From positions 32,013 through 96,012 of the forward strand of contig CAVOVZ010000028.1 in the NCBI GenBank assembly GCA_963699985.1: a stretch of 64,000 nt of DNA. The letters run 5' to 3'. The notes below the pieces were generated by a model, which worked only from the letters and a program-made list of their open reading frames with translations, ran no database searches and had not been told where the DNA came from. Position numbers and translations under genes: made by a program. This document shows positions 1-9,200 of the stretch, one piece after another. The DNA is from Terriglobia bacterium. Its GTDB lineage: Bacteria; Acidobacteriota; Polarisedimenticolia; Polarisedimenticolales; CAVOVZ01. Within the stretch, counting starts at the first letter, position 1, and each line of letters opens with the position of its first letter.

Positions 1-1423
1 GTTGTCGAGCGGCGAGCCGTTGGCACCCTCGGGGATCATGTGCGCCTCGGTGCAGAAACACAGCGCGATGCGCAGGCGAGCCCAGGCCACGTCGTGCTTT
101 CCCATCTCGTGCCAGCCGCGCAGCATCTCGAAGAAGTCCTGGGAGCACCCCCCCAGCTGGACGACGCGGTCGACCTCGTCCATCGCGAGGAGAACTCCCT
201 CGGGATGCGCGGCCAGAATCTGATCGTTGACGAGCGCTTGCAGGCTTGTTTCGCGGAGAGCTTCGTGGTCGCGATCTCGACTGCCGCTTCCGGGTCGAGC
301 CCTGCGGCTCGAGCATGGCGCCCGTGAGCTGGACGAGAAGCCTCTTCAGGTCGGACAGCGCGGTGAGGTCGAGTTCATCCTGGAAGTTGAGCTGGATCAC
401 GAGCGGGCCGCCAGGTGCAAGGCGCGCCTGCGACGCGAGGCGCGTCAGAGAGCGAGCTCTTCCCCATCTGGCGCGGGCCCAGGATGTGGACCATCCCCGG
501 GGATTCCGTCATCTCCCGCTCGGCCTCGCCATCGGTCTCGCGCGTCACGTACAGCGCCGATCCCAGCGGACCGTCCCCGTCGGGTGGACCAGCTCGACCG
601 GCCGGGGTGCCCGGGCGGTCGAGCGCGGCACCGGAATCGCGACGCGAGTCGCGGTGGCCATCTCGGCGAGGCGCGTTTCGAGCAGTTCGAGGTCCGTTCG
701 AAGCGCTTCGCATCCCTGGTAACTTCAGCTCGAGCGCATGACAGATGACACGTCGCGCCGCAGGCACGGGCTCGCGACCGGCGGCCGCGAGGACGAGGGC
801 CGCGGATGCCGCGCACGCCGGCGACCCGTGGTCCTCGAGGCTCGTCGGGGAAAGCCCGAGCTTCGCCGCCAACCCCGTCCGCGCGAGCTCCAGCTCAACA
901 GCGGCGTCAGCAGGCGAACGAGATCGTTTCGGAGGTCCGGTTCCAAACCCGGCTCGGGCAACGAAGGCGCGCGAGGACCGTCGGGGATCGTCGGAAAACG
1001 CCTCGGGTCCCTGAGCCCGTAGAGCACGCCCACGAGTTGCCGCAGCCCCTCGGCGTAGGTCGCGTCGTCGTTTTTTCGGAAGTCGACCTGCTGAACCGAG
1101 CCGAGGAAGGGCGGCAACGGCGTGTCCACGAGGAGCGCGAGCTGTACGAGCCTGTCCTGATTCCATCTCGGGTGGGCCGCGCGAAACGCGTCCAGCTCGT
1201 TCTGCACCCAGGGGGACGCGAAGGCCTCCGGGGTCGCGACGAGAACCACCCGGTCGGCGTGCGCGAGACCCTCTTGCAGTCCAGCCACCCAAGAGCATCC
1301 AGTCCCGAGATCCGCCTCGTCGAGCCAGACCGTGCCGGCGCCGAGATGGGTTTCGAGGTCCCGGTGGAGCGCCCGCACCCACTCGCCATACGAACTCGCG
1401 TAGCAGAGAAACGCTGCCCTCAT
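1..1423 (-). pseudogene. TIR domain / helical adaptor-like segment / AAA_35-like P-loop NTPase (STAND-type). The 3' end runs off the window. Frame changes near ~897 and ~455 (pseudogene or assembly indels).
   Basis: ORF 725..1423(-) starts MRAAFLCYASSYGEWVRALHRDL..VWLDEADLGTG..VVLVATPEAFASPWVQNELD, which is TIR-like. The protein continues in the 375..1751(-) frame (..AAVELELARTGLAAKLGLS.., then Walker A MVHILGPRQMGKSSL). Hand translation of the third minus frame over 1-455 gives LTRLASQARLAPGGPLVIQLNFQDE..GVLLAMDEVDRVV (Walker B-like)..FFEMLRGWHEMGK, typical of AAA_35-type NTPases. Confidence 0.75.
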
Positions 1424-1820
1424 CGATGCTCATCATACTGGAAGAAGCGATCGTCGGAAACGCTCCTCGGGAGCCTTTGAAGAAGGGGCTGCCGTCGACT
1501 TCGGGGGCGATACCCGCCGGCGCCCCGCAGCTGCTGCCGAGGTCCACAGGAACGTCTTGCAGGGGCGTTTCGTCGCTGCCATCAGCTCCGGTCGTCGTCC
1601 GGGAACTCCGCAACTCGTGGCGTTTTCGGAGATGAGCCCGGGCCGAGTCGACGCGCAGCAACCGGAGGTGCACTCCAGTCGCGGGGTCCCCGAGGTTCCC
1701 GGGATGCGGCATCGGTGAAGCGCGCCGACGAGACGCCGCAGCCCCTCGCATGGAGATCGGTCGGCCACCGGAGCAGCAACCGGCTGCCTGGGCCCAACGG
1801 GAATCCGCGAAACAAAGCTC

Positions 1821-3395
1821 TCAGTCGGGTCGAATCCGGCTTCGGATCTCCTTGATCAGGACGCCTTCGTTGCAATCCCCTTTGCCGGTCCCTCGTCGGT
1901 ACCCGTGATGGCACGCCACCAGCAGCCACTGGTCGTTGAAGACCGGCGAGCCCGAGTGGCCATGCGTGGTCGGGCTCCGGTAGCGGACGTACGGCCCCTC
2001 GATCCCCAGGAAGTGATTGTCGTACAGGGAAATCGTCAGCTCGCCGCCGGCGGGATGGCCGATGATGTACAGCCGCGGAGGTTCGGCCAGGCCGAGATGA
2101 TTGGGGAGACTCTCCGCGCATGGAAGAGCCTTTACCGGCTCGACGGCTGGCCTCAGCGCCACGATCGCGGTATCGAGCTCCCTCGGTGGATGAAGCCAGA
2201 ACACGATCGATGAGGAACTCGTTCGGCTTTCGAGTCCAGGTGGTGAAGTGGACTCGCGTCGCTCCCGATTCCGCGTTCCTCACGACGTGATGGTTGGTGA
2301 CGAAGAGAACGCGACGCGGATGATCCGGCCACAGATCCTGGGAATCGATGAGGAACCCGCTGCCTTCGGCGCCGCGCGTGCTCTCGACCCGCGCGATCGA
2401 GTGGACCCGGACCATCGCGGTCCTCCACCAGCGGATCGATCGGAACGACTCTCGCCCGAGCACGGCCTCGTAGTCCACCACGCCGTCGTCCGGCGCAGCC
2501 TCGGCCGATCGAGCGTCGAGTTGGACCGAGCTTCCCTCCTTGCGGAGCAGGGCGCCCCTCAGAACGGGCAGCAGCACCCGGCCCGGGTCCTGCGACTCGT
2601 CCATCCCCCAAAGCTCTTCCATCTGCCGCAGGGTCGACGCCAGCTCGAACGCGTCCGCGTGATCGCTCCGGATGTAGCGCTCGACCCAGCCCAGCGCACC
2701 CGTGACGTTCCCGAGTGCCACGCAGGCCTCCATCGCGGTGCCGAAGTCCCACATGTCGGCGGTCTGTTCCTGATCTTTCGCCTCCACCACCGCGAGGATC
2801 CGACCGGCGAGCACTCGGGGGTCGGCGTCGACGCCGGGCGGGACGCGATCCCGCCGCGCCCGATCGAGGAGGGCCACCACGTTGATCCCGTGCCAGACGT
2901 TTCGGTCCGGCATGCGCTGGAAGTCCTCCAGGTAAGAGGACACTGCGAGCCTCAGCGCCTCCGGGGCGTAGGTCGCACCCTGGTCGCGCGCGAGCTCACG
3001 TAGATCTGCTTGTACGCTCGCCCGATCAACCCGCGAACTTCCGGTCCCTCGCTCGGATCGGTCGCGACCCTTTCCGACAGCTCCCGGAGGACCAGGAGCC
3101 CTTCCGCGATCTTCCCCTGGTCGAGCAGTGCCTGGGCGAAGTGGCGGCGCACCACCGGCCCGTCATGGCCGCACCGGATGAACTGGAGCGCCGTCGACTC
3201 GAGGAGGTCGAACCGTCGCTTTCTACGAAGCAGCTTGAGGACCCTGGCGACCTCCGTTTCCGGGTACTTCTCGCCACCGCGCTGAAGACCACGGGCGAGC
3301 TTGCCGCACAGGGACTCGACCGTCTCCCGCTCGAAGGAGTCGAGCGCCGACTTCAGGTCCTTGGCGAAGGGGGAAAGCGACCGGTCGTCAGACAT
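1821..3395 (-). pseudogene. DUF4071 (TRAF-binding-like TPR) domain fused to a trypsin-like serine protease. Frame changes near ~3000 and ~2205.
   Basis: ORF 2952..3530(-) contains MSDDRSLSPFAKDL..AQALLDQGKIAEGL..GLIGRAYKQIY, with GGAGGG ahead of the ATG at 3395. The next frame (1582..2943) continues RELARDQGATYAPEALRLAVSSYLEDFQRMPDRNVWHGINVVAL (DUF4071 hallmark), then GSGFLID..VLFVTNHHVV (His). ORF 1821..2204 supplies ELDTAIVAL (Asp) and THGHSGSPVF (Ser). The catalytic triad is therefore present once the frames are joined. Confidence 0.8.
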
Positions 3396-3542
3396 CGATC
3401 TACCCTCCGGCACGGACTCGAGTTTCGAGCGCGCGCAGCCGACGCGCGCCGTCCTGAAGTCGCGATGATACCTCTCTCCCCCTGCCCCGCGGCGGAGGAA
3501 CGAGCCTCGTTCGCACTGCTGCGGCCACAACGAGCCGTCCCG

Positions 3543-4400
3543 CTAATCCTCACCGGGACTGTTCGTCCTGAATGGGTCGCGAGAGCCGAACCCCCGACGG
3601 TTCAGGTTATTGACGTGCTTCCGGTAGATGTAGCTCACGAGGTCCGTGACCCGGGAGTACCTCGCATCGAAATCGATCGGCCCTGCCAGAGCCTGCGAAA
3701 CCGAGAGTTCGTAAAGGACCGCGCGGCAATCGTCGACGATCTCCTTCCGCAGGACGACCGGCTCCGGATTGTCGGGATGCTTGAAGTACAGCTTCCTCGT
3801 TTCGGTCATGTGCCAGAGGGCCTGCACCTCGGGCGACTCGATCAGCATCCGCTTGGCCTCTTCGAAACTTCCGCAGAGGCCGAACATCATTCCATCCGGT
3901 TTCGGGCTTCGCGACAGGTCGCGATCGAAGAACTGCGGAGGCTCGTCGAGCGCCGCGGTCCAGGGCCGTCCGGTCTCGAACGGCTCGCGGGGTGAACCCG
4001 CGACGACGTCACCCGGAGAGTCGCTCGACGCGAGGCGATTGGCCATCTCGTCGCGGCCCTTCCGGCTCGGCCCCCGAAACAGCGACGCACCGTAGAGCTT
4101 CAGGGAATACGGATGCCACGCGACGACCAGTTCGCGGCCTCGCGTCGCGGGGTGCTCGGATCTGAACTCGAGGCGAAATCGGCTCCATCGTCTGTCCCCG
4201 TCTCCGAGGGCGCGCGGTGCGGCGAGCATCGCGATAGGCACCTGCTCCGCCTGAAACACGAGCACGGGCGGGGTTTCGTCGGAGAGGGCGACCGGCGTTG
4301 CGGTGGCGTGCTGAGGGGTCGGGAGAAAGCCCTCCTCCACGAAGTCGCTGTCGGACGGAAGATGCCGCAGAAACCCGTCGTCGATCTTCAGGAATCCCAT
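3543..4400 (-). CDS. Hypothetical cytoplasmic protein (285 aa), no domain recognised
   Basis: Uninterrupted ORF MGFLKIDDGFLRHLPSDSDF..YIYRKHVNNLNRRGFGSRDPF with a balanced, non-Arg-rich composition. GGAGG lies ~8 nt upstream of the ATG. The gene is co-directional and tightly spaced between the neighbouring minus-strand genes. Confidence 0.6.
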   Translation of the reverse strand: MGFLKIDDGFLRHLPSDSDFVEEGFLPTPQHATATPVALSDETPPVLVFQAEQVPIAMLAAPRALGDGDRRWSRFRLEFRSEHPATRGRELVVAWHPYSLKLYGASLFRGPSRKGRDEMANRLASSDSPGDVVAGSPREPFETGRPWTAALDEPPQFFDRDLSRSPKPDGMMFGLCGSFEEAKRMLIESPEVQALWHMTETRKLYFKHPDNPEPVVLRKEIVDDCRAVLYELSVSQALAGPIDFDARYSRVTDLVSYIYRKHVNNLNRRGFGSRDPFRTNSPGED

Positions 4401-4524
4401 GCGATCCTCCGCTCCGCCAGGGGCGAATCGTACCGCCGTCCGCGCCTCCCGGGCAATCCCAGCGCGGCGCCGCCGCAGGCGATTGCCTTCACGCCACGGC
4501 GGCGCCTTCCAGGGCGCGCGCCTC

Positions 4525-5262
4525 TCACCTCCTGCACGCCCTGATCTGATGCGCGTCCCGGTCCGTGTGGAGCTCGACGTAGAGACCGTCCGCGCGTTCG
4601 AAGATCAGCCGGTACCCCGCAACCGGGTACCTCACGCAGTAGCTCAGCGGCGGCGCCGGGCAACCCACGGCGAGACTGGACCAGGTCACTCGCTCGGCCA
4701 GAACGAGCCGCAGCGACTTCACGTCCGTCGTGAGGTAACGGGCCACGTTCTCGCGAACTTCGAGCGGGAGCGAGTCGACGAAACGGTCCCTTGCGGCGGG
4801 ATTCAGCTTCACCAGGCTCCCGTCGAGATTCGTGCGGGCCTCGTGGATGCGCGACCGGACCCGGAGGATCACACGGTAGCCCGGCACGATGACATCAGGA
4901 TACGACCGCCCCTGCTCGGGAATCCCGAGGGATTCGTTCACCCAGTGGGCGACCGTGTGGTCGACGATCTCGACCCGGGCGCGGCGGACGGAGGCACGGA
5001 GCGCGACGAAGCGCGCCGCGCGCTCGACCGCCATGGGCGGCGGGTCTTCCTTCACGAATACGCCCGGCCACGACGCGGGTGTCTCGATTTGGCCGTGCGC
5101 CAGTCCGTCTTGCCGCGACGGTGGCATCTGCACCTCGACGTTCGCCAGTCCGTCCGCCGGCGGCGCGGGTGTCTCGGCTTCGACCGCGAATGTCGGTGGC
5201 GGCGCGCAAACGATGGCGGCGCAGAACACCGAGAACGGGATGATGGCTCTCCAGGATTTCAT
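4525..5262 (-). CDS. Secreted protein with two copies of a W-x-SLG-x-P..PGYR..L..YE-x-HTD..C repeat (paralog A)
   Basis: The internal start MKSWRAIIPFSVFCAAIVCAPPPTFA is a signal peptide, preceded by AAGGAGG. Repeat 1 is HWVNESLGIPEQGRSYPDVIVPGYRVILRVRSRIHEARTN. Repeat 2 is VTWSSLAVGCPAPPLSYCVRYPVAGYRLIFERADGLYVELHTDRDAHQIRAC. It is a paralog of 7845..8501. Confidence 0.7.
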   Translation of the reverse strand: MKSWRAIIPFSVFCAAIVCAPPPTFAVEAETPAPPADGLANVEVQMPPSRQDGLAHGQIETPASWPGVFVKEDPPPMAVERAARFVALRASVRRARVEIVDHTVAHWVNESLGIPEQGRSYPDVIVPGYRVILRVRSRIHEARTNLDGSLVKLNPAARDRFVDSLPLEVRENVARYLTTDVKSLRLVLAERVTWSSLAVGCPAPPLSYCVRYPVAGYRLIFERADGLYVELHTDRDAHQIRACRR

Positions 5263-5265
5263 GAT

Positions 5266-5325
5266 CGACCTCCTTTTCTGCCGGGAGCCCGATTGCCCCC
5301 GGCATGAGGCCTTGCCGAGTCCCCC
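5266..5325 (-). promoter_or_regulatory. Conserved 5' leader, copy 1 (shared with 8505..8565): hairpin plus Shine-Dalgarno
   Basis: Plus-strand gacctccttttctgccgg..gcccgattgcccccggcatgaggccttgccgagtccccc is near-identical at both loci. Similarity stops abruptly further upstream. The RNA sense reads GGGGGACUCGGCAAGGCCUCAUGCCGGGGGCAAUCGG..CCGGCAGAAAAGGAGGUC-ATG, with a GCCGG(G)/(C)CCGGC stem next to the SD. Confidence 0.5.
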
Positions 5326-5541
5326 GCCCTGCGCCTGGCCTCTCCCGCCGGTGAGGCGCGTCTCGCGGCCCCCAAGGATCGCGATCCGGCCCGAAAGACC
5401 CGATTCGCATCGCGGCTCGCGACCCGCTGCCGCAGCACGAAGGCCCCGGAGCGACTGCCCCTGGCCAGGATCGTCCGTGGTACGCTGGCGCACCGAAAAG
5501 CCATGATTCGCCTGATCGCCACCACCACACCGGGGGAGACG

Positions 5542-5826
5542 ATGACCTACCGACCGCGGCCCATCGACACGACCGGGATCGAGCTCGGCGAGGACCTCGA
5601 CGCGTTGGTTGAAGCCCTCGCCGCGAACGTCCACGAACACTGGTCGGAGCAGCGAATGAGCGAGGGCTGGAGGTACGGGAAAGACCGGGACGACGCCGCG
5701 AAAGCCCATCCCGACCTGGTCCCGTACGATCAGCTGCCGGAATCGGAGAAGGCCTACGACCGCCTCACCGTGGTCCAGACCCTGAAGGCCGTCGTGGCGA
5801 TGGGATACCGCATCGAGAAGGCCTGA
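5542..5826 (+). CDS. Stand-alone RyR (ryanodine-receptor repeat) domain protein, 94 aa
   Basis: MTYRPRPIDTTGIELGEDLDALVEALAANVHEHWSEQRMSEGWRYGKDRDDAAKAHPDLVPYDQLPESEKAYDRLTV matches the RyR-domain pattern (HE-W..R...GW-YG......K-HP-LVPY--LPE-EK-YDR). GGGGGAGA precedes the ATG. Confidence 0.8.
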   Translation: MTYRPRPIDTTGIELGEDLDALVEALAANVHEHWSEQRMSEGWRYGKDRDDAAKAHPDLVPYDQLPESEKAYDRLTVVQTLKAVVAMGYRIEKA

Positions 5827-5911
5827 CGGCGGCGAGCCGCGGCTTCAGCGCGCGCAGGATCGAGCCGATCGTCCGGCGCCTGCGAGACCGATGCGACGGT
5901 GGGAGGATCGC

Positions 5912-7700
5912 ATGGGCGAAAAGCGAGCCGATCACGGATCTGGCAACGGGCGAAACAGGAAGACGCGACGGGGCCCGAGATCGACCGAGAAGCTGAGCAG
6001 GCTCCGCGCGCTGGTCTGCCGGCTGGGGCAGATGTGCACGCGACTGGCCCAGTTCGGTCAGTCGGCGTCACCCGAGATGTCTGCGACGGTCGCCGCGTGC
6101 GCGAAGAGCGCCCTCGCCGTCGCGAACGAGCTGGATCCACCCTCCGGAGCGGTCGCTCCAGCACCGAGGAGGAGGGCCGCGCGCGATCGCGACGAAGGCA
6201 TCACGGCCGCGGCGCATCTCGAGGCCGTCTCGCGACGGATCCTGGAATCCGCGGTCCTCCGCAAGGATCCCGACCTGCATTTCGACTTGGGTCTCGCGTT
6301 CAAGGAGATCGAGGAGTACGAAAAGGCCGAGACGCACCTGCGCATCGCCACCACGCGGCGGCCGTCGAACGAGCGGACTTTCCAGCAGCTCGCGATCTGC
6401 CTCGGACGGCTGGGACGGCTGGAAGACGCGCTGGGCATTCTCTCCGATCTCGATCGGGACCGGCCCGGATCCTCCGAGACGCTGGGGCTGCTCGGCCGCG
6501 TCCACAAGGACCTGTGGCTGCGCGAGAGGAAGCTCCACAGACTAAATCGGCACCACCTGGAGCGGGCGGTCCGCTGCTACGAGGCGGGCTTCCGGAAGAA
6601 CCCGACCGACTTCTATCCGGGCGTCAACGCCGTGACGCTCCGAAGCTTCCTGTCCGGCACGGGAGCGCAGGGGCGATCGGCAGGACTCGCAGCCAAGGTC
6701 CTGGCCGCCTGCGAAATCGACACGACGTTCGGCACCGACGATTTCTGGGCTTGGGCTGCGGCGGGCGAGGTTCACATCGCGTGCGACCGGTTCGACGAGG
6801 CGCTGCTGGCTTACGAGCGTGCGCTCGAGTGCCGCCACACGCCGTTCATGCGAACGTCGGCGCTGCGGCAGCTCGTGCTGATCCGCGACGAGCGAGAGTC
6901 TCGACGCGCAGATCGACCCGATCATCCGGCGCCTCGAGGCGCCCTCGCGGCCGGACGAGATCTCGCCGCGGTTCATTCGCTGGCTGGCCAGCGAGTACTC
7001 GGCGCACCGGCGAAAGGCTCCGAGCGTGGCGGTCAAGGGATACGACCTGGGCCAGAGGGTCCTGCCGGCCCTGGGATTGTCGGCGGACCTGCTGTTCGTG
7101 CGCGCGGACGAGCGGACCCTCCGGGTGGGGCTGGTGGACATCCGGGGCAAGGGGCCAGGCGCCGCGATGCTCGCGCACCTCGCGGAGGGGATTCTCGAAT
7201 CGGCACGCCCGGGCGAGACGCCGAAGGCGACGATGGAGCGGCTGAACAACGCCCTCGAGAGACACTCCTGTCCCAGCGCCGGCGCGCTGCTCGACGTCAC
7301 CCTGGGAACGAGGAGCGTACGCTGCGTGCGCGCGGGGCTGCCGGAGTTGCTGATCTTCGACTCCGCGACGGGAAACCACCGGCACCACGCGGAGGGCGGC
7401 CCACCGCTGGGCTTCCTGCGAGACCCGGAATTCCCGCAGGCCAGCTTCCGCTTGGCACCGTCCGAGACGCTCGTGATCGTTTCGGACGGAATCACGGAAG
7501 CGGCCCCTCCCGGCGATGAAGGGCAGGCGCAGTTCGGCTACGACGGGATCCTGCGCCAGCTCCGCGGAAAGGAAAAGGCAACGCGGTCCGCGCAAAGCCT
7601 CGCCGACGACATCGTCCAGGCCGCTCGGGAGTTCTGCCACGATCGGCGGGACCGGGACGACATGACGGCGTTCGTGTTGAAGGCTCGTCCGCCCGCGTGA
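5912..7700 (+). pseudogene. TPR/DUF4071 domain fused to a PP2C-type (SpoIIE) phosphatase. One frame change near ~6898.
   Basis: ORF 5891..7519 carries TPR-like LGLAFKEIEEYEKAETHL and the DUF4071 hallmark GLLGRVHKDLW..FYPGVNAVTL up to ..LRQLVLIRDERES. Hand translation in the 7026 frame then continues LDAQIDPIIRRLEAP..VAVKGYDLG..VDIRGKGPGAAML..GGPPLGF..LVIVSDGITE..DRDDMTAFVLK, which are SpoIIE/PP2C motifs. GGGAGGA precedes the ATG at 5912; the exact start is uncertain. Confidence 0.75.
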
Positions 7701-7844
7701 TCCGATGCCGCCGGTGCGGCACCCGGATCCGCGAGGCGACCGCTGGGCCGGCCGGTCGCCCGAGAATACCGCCGCCGCAGCCGAGCCGGGTGCCCCGGTG
7801 CTCGGACTGCGGCGGCTTCGTCCCCGCCCCTCGCGGAGACCTAC

Positions 7845-8501
7845 CTATCTACACGTGACGATCCTCGCCGCCACGAGATCGGTGTGGACCTCGTACAGCC
7901 GTCCCGTTCCCGTCCGCAGGATCAGCCGGTATCCGGGGACGATCACCGGGAGGTAGAAGCGTCCGCGCCTCGAACACCCGAGCGAGGTGTCGGACCACTC
8001 GAGGCGCCTCGACTCGATGAGCTGGAGCGAGCCGACCGGCACGTCCAGATGTCGTGCGACGCGCGAGAGGACGGAGAACGATACCGTCTCCGGGAATCCG
8101 GAGCCGTCGAGCTCCGGGCGATCCAGCGGATCGGTCTTCACGCGGAGCCCCTCGCGATCCGTGTGGACCTCGTAGATTCGCTGCCCCGCGCGGAGGAACA
8201 CACGGTGGCCGGGCGTGAGCACCGGCAGGTACATATACATGGGCTCGGGGAATCCGAGCGACGAATCCGACCACGTGACCTCGCAGGAGCACACGACGGA
8301 GACGAAACGCAGCGGCACTCCGAGGCGGGACGCGAGGTGCGCGGCGGCACGCTCCGCCGCGAGCGGCGGGGGCCCGCAGGACGAGCTCGCGGGTGGAATC
8401 GCGAGCGACGGAGTGGATGGGATCGACTGCGCCTGCACCTCGGTGACGCACGACGCGACGGCGAGGACCAGCAGGACTGCGGCAACTCTCCTGGCTCTCA
8501 T
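7845..8501 (-). CDS. Secreted double-repeat protein (paralog B of 4525..5262)
   Basis: Signal peptide MRARRVAAVLLVLAVASCVTEVQA. Repeats are VTWSDSSLGFPEPMYMYLPVLTPGHRVFLRAGQRIYEVHTDREG and LEWSDTSLGCSRRGRFYLPVIVPGYRLILRTGTGRLYEVHTDLVAARIVTC. The long N-terminal extension in ORF 7845..8822 is purine-tract read-through and was not used. Confidence 0.7.
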   Translation of the reverse strand: MRARRVAAVLLVLAVASCVTEVQAQSIPSTPSLAIPPASSSCGPPPLAAERAAAHLASRLGVPLRFVSVVCSCEVTWSDSSLGFPEPMYMYLPVLTPGHRVFLRAGQRIYEVHTDREGLRVKTDPLDRPELDGSGFPETVSFSVLSRVARHLDVPVGSLQLIESRRLEWSDTSLGCSRRGRFYLPVIVPGYRLILRTGTGRLYEVHTDLVAARIVTCR

Positions 8502-8504
8502 GGC

Positions 8505-8565
8505 TGACCTCCTTTTCTGCCGGCGGGGCCGATTGCCCCCGGCATGAGGCCTTGCCGAGTCCCCC
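8505..8565 (-). promoter_or_regulatory. Conserved 5' leader, copy 2
   Basis: Same ~60-nt block as 5266..5325, directly upstream of the paralogous gene, including AAAAGGAGGTC before the ATG. Confidence 0.5.
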
Positions 8566-8689
8566 TTTTGCCGCGGGGAGCGGATGCCGGGTCGCAGGAA
8601 CGGGCCGGTTGCGGACAGCCGAAACTCGCGCAACACACCGCAGTTCGAATGGCCCGTGCGCTGGCGAGTTTGGGTTCGTGTCCCCGACT

Positions 8690-9170
8690 TGCCTCTGCTT
8701 CCTGCTTCCTCCCGCTTCCTGCTTCCTCCCGCGGCTCTCCGCCCCCTTGGCTTCCTTCGCTCGCCCCTTCTCCCCCCTTCGCTTCTCTGCTCTCGCCTCC
8801 TCTTCTCGTCTCTTCTCTTCACTTCTCTCCGATCCGCTGCTCCCCCCTCGCCCGCTCTCCCGTCCCCCCGGCTCTTCTCCGGCCCTCGCCTCTACGTCCC
8901 ATCCGCTCTCCGCTCCCCTCTCCCCCTTGCTCTCCGCCCCCCCCTGCCCGTTTTCGCTCGCTCCTCTTCACCCATCCGCTCCGCTACTCTCGCCGCCTCT
9001 TCTCTTCGCCTGCCTTCTCTGCTCTCCGATCCGCTGATCACCGCTCGCCCGCTCTCCCCGGCGCCTCTCCGCCACAGCGCGGCAGCCCTCGCCGCGCCGC
9101 CCCTCTTCTCCCACGCGCGCGCTGCGACACCTCCTTCCCCGCCGCGCCGGGCCCGGGCATAATCGAGCTC
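8690..9170. repeat. ~480-bp polypyrimidine (C/T) tract on the plus strand, almost devoid of A, in a divergent intergenic region
   Basis: Runs such as cttcctgcttcctcccgcttcctgcttcctccc...ctcttctcgtctcttctcttcacttctctcc. All three plus frames are open, giving Pro/Ser/Leu-rich pseudo-ORFs (8544.., 8552.., 8584..). An internal ~200-bp-spaced repeat ctctccgatccgctg..ctcgcccgctctccc occurs at ~8825 and ~9023. Confidence 0.85.
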
Positions 9171-9200
9171 GCCCGATCATCGGAACCGCCGAGGGACCAG

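Noticed and set aside
1433-1768. Small ORFs in the 400-bp gap between the trypsin-protease gene and the TIR gene
   Set aside because: They overlap one another in different frames, have no SD or motif support, and are Arg/Gly/Pro-rich. The region is likely non-coding spacer.
8544-9200. Pro/Ser/Leu-rich N-terminal extension of the TIR-STAND ORF, and the N-terminal extension of 7845..8822(-)
   Set aside because: This is an artefact of the polypyrimidine tract, where no stop codons are possible. A GTG with an SD-like GAGGGA at 9201 immediately precedes the TIR domain, and a signal peptide with an SD defines the start at 8501.
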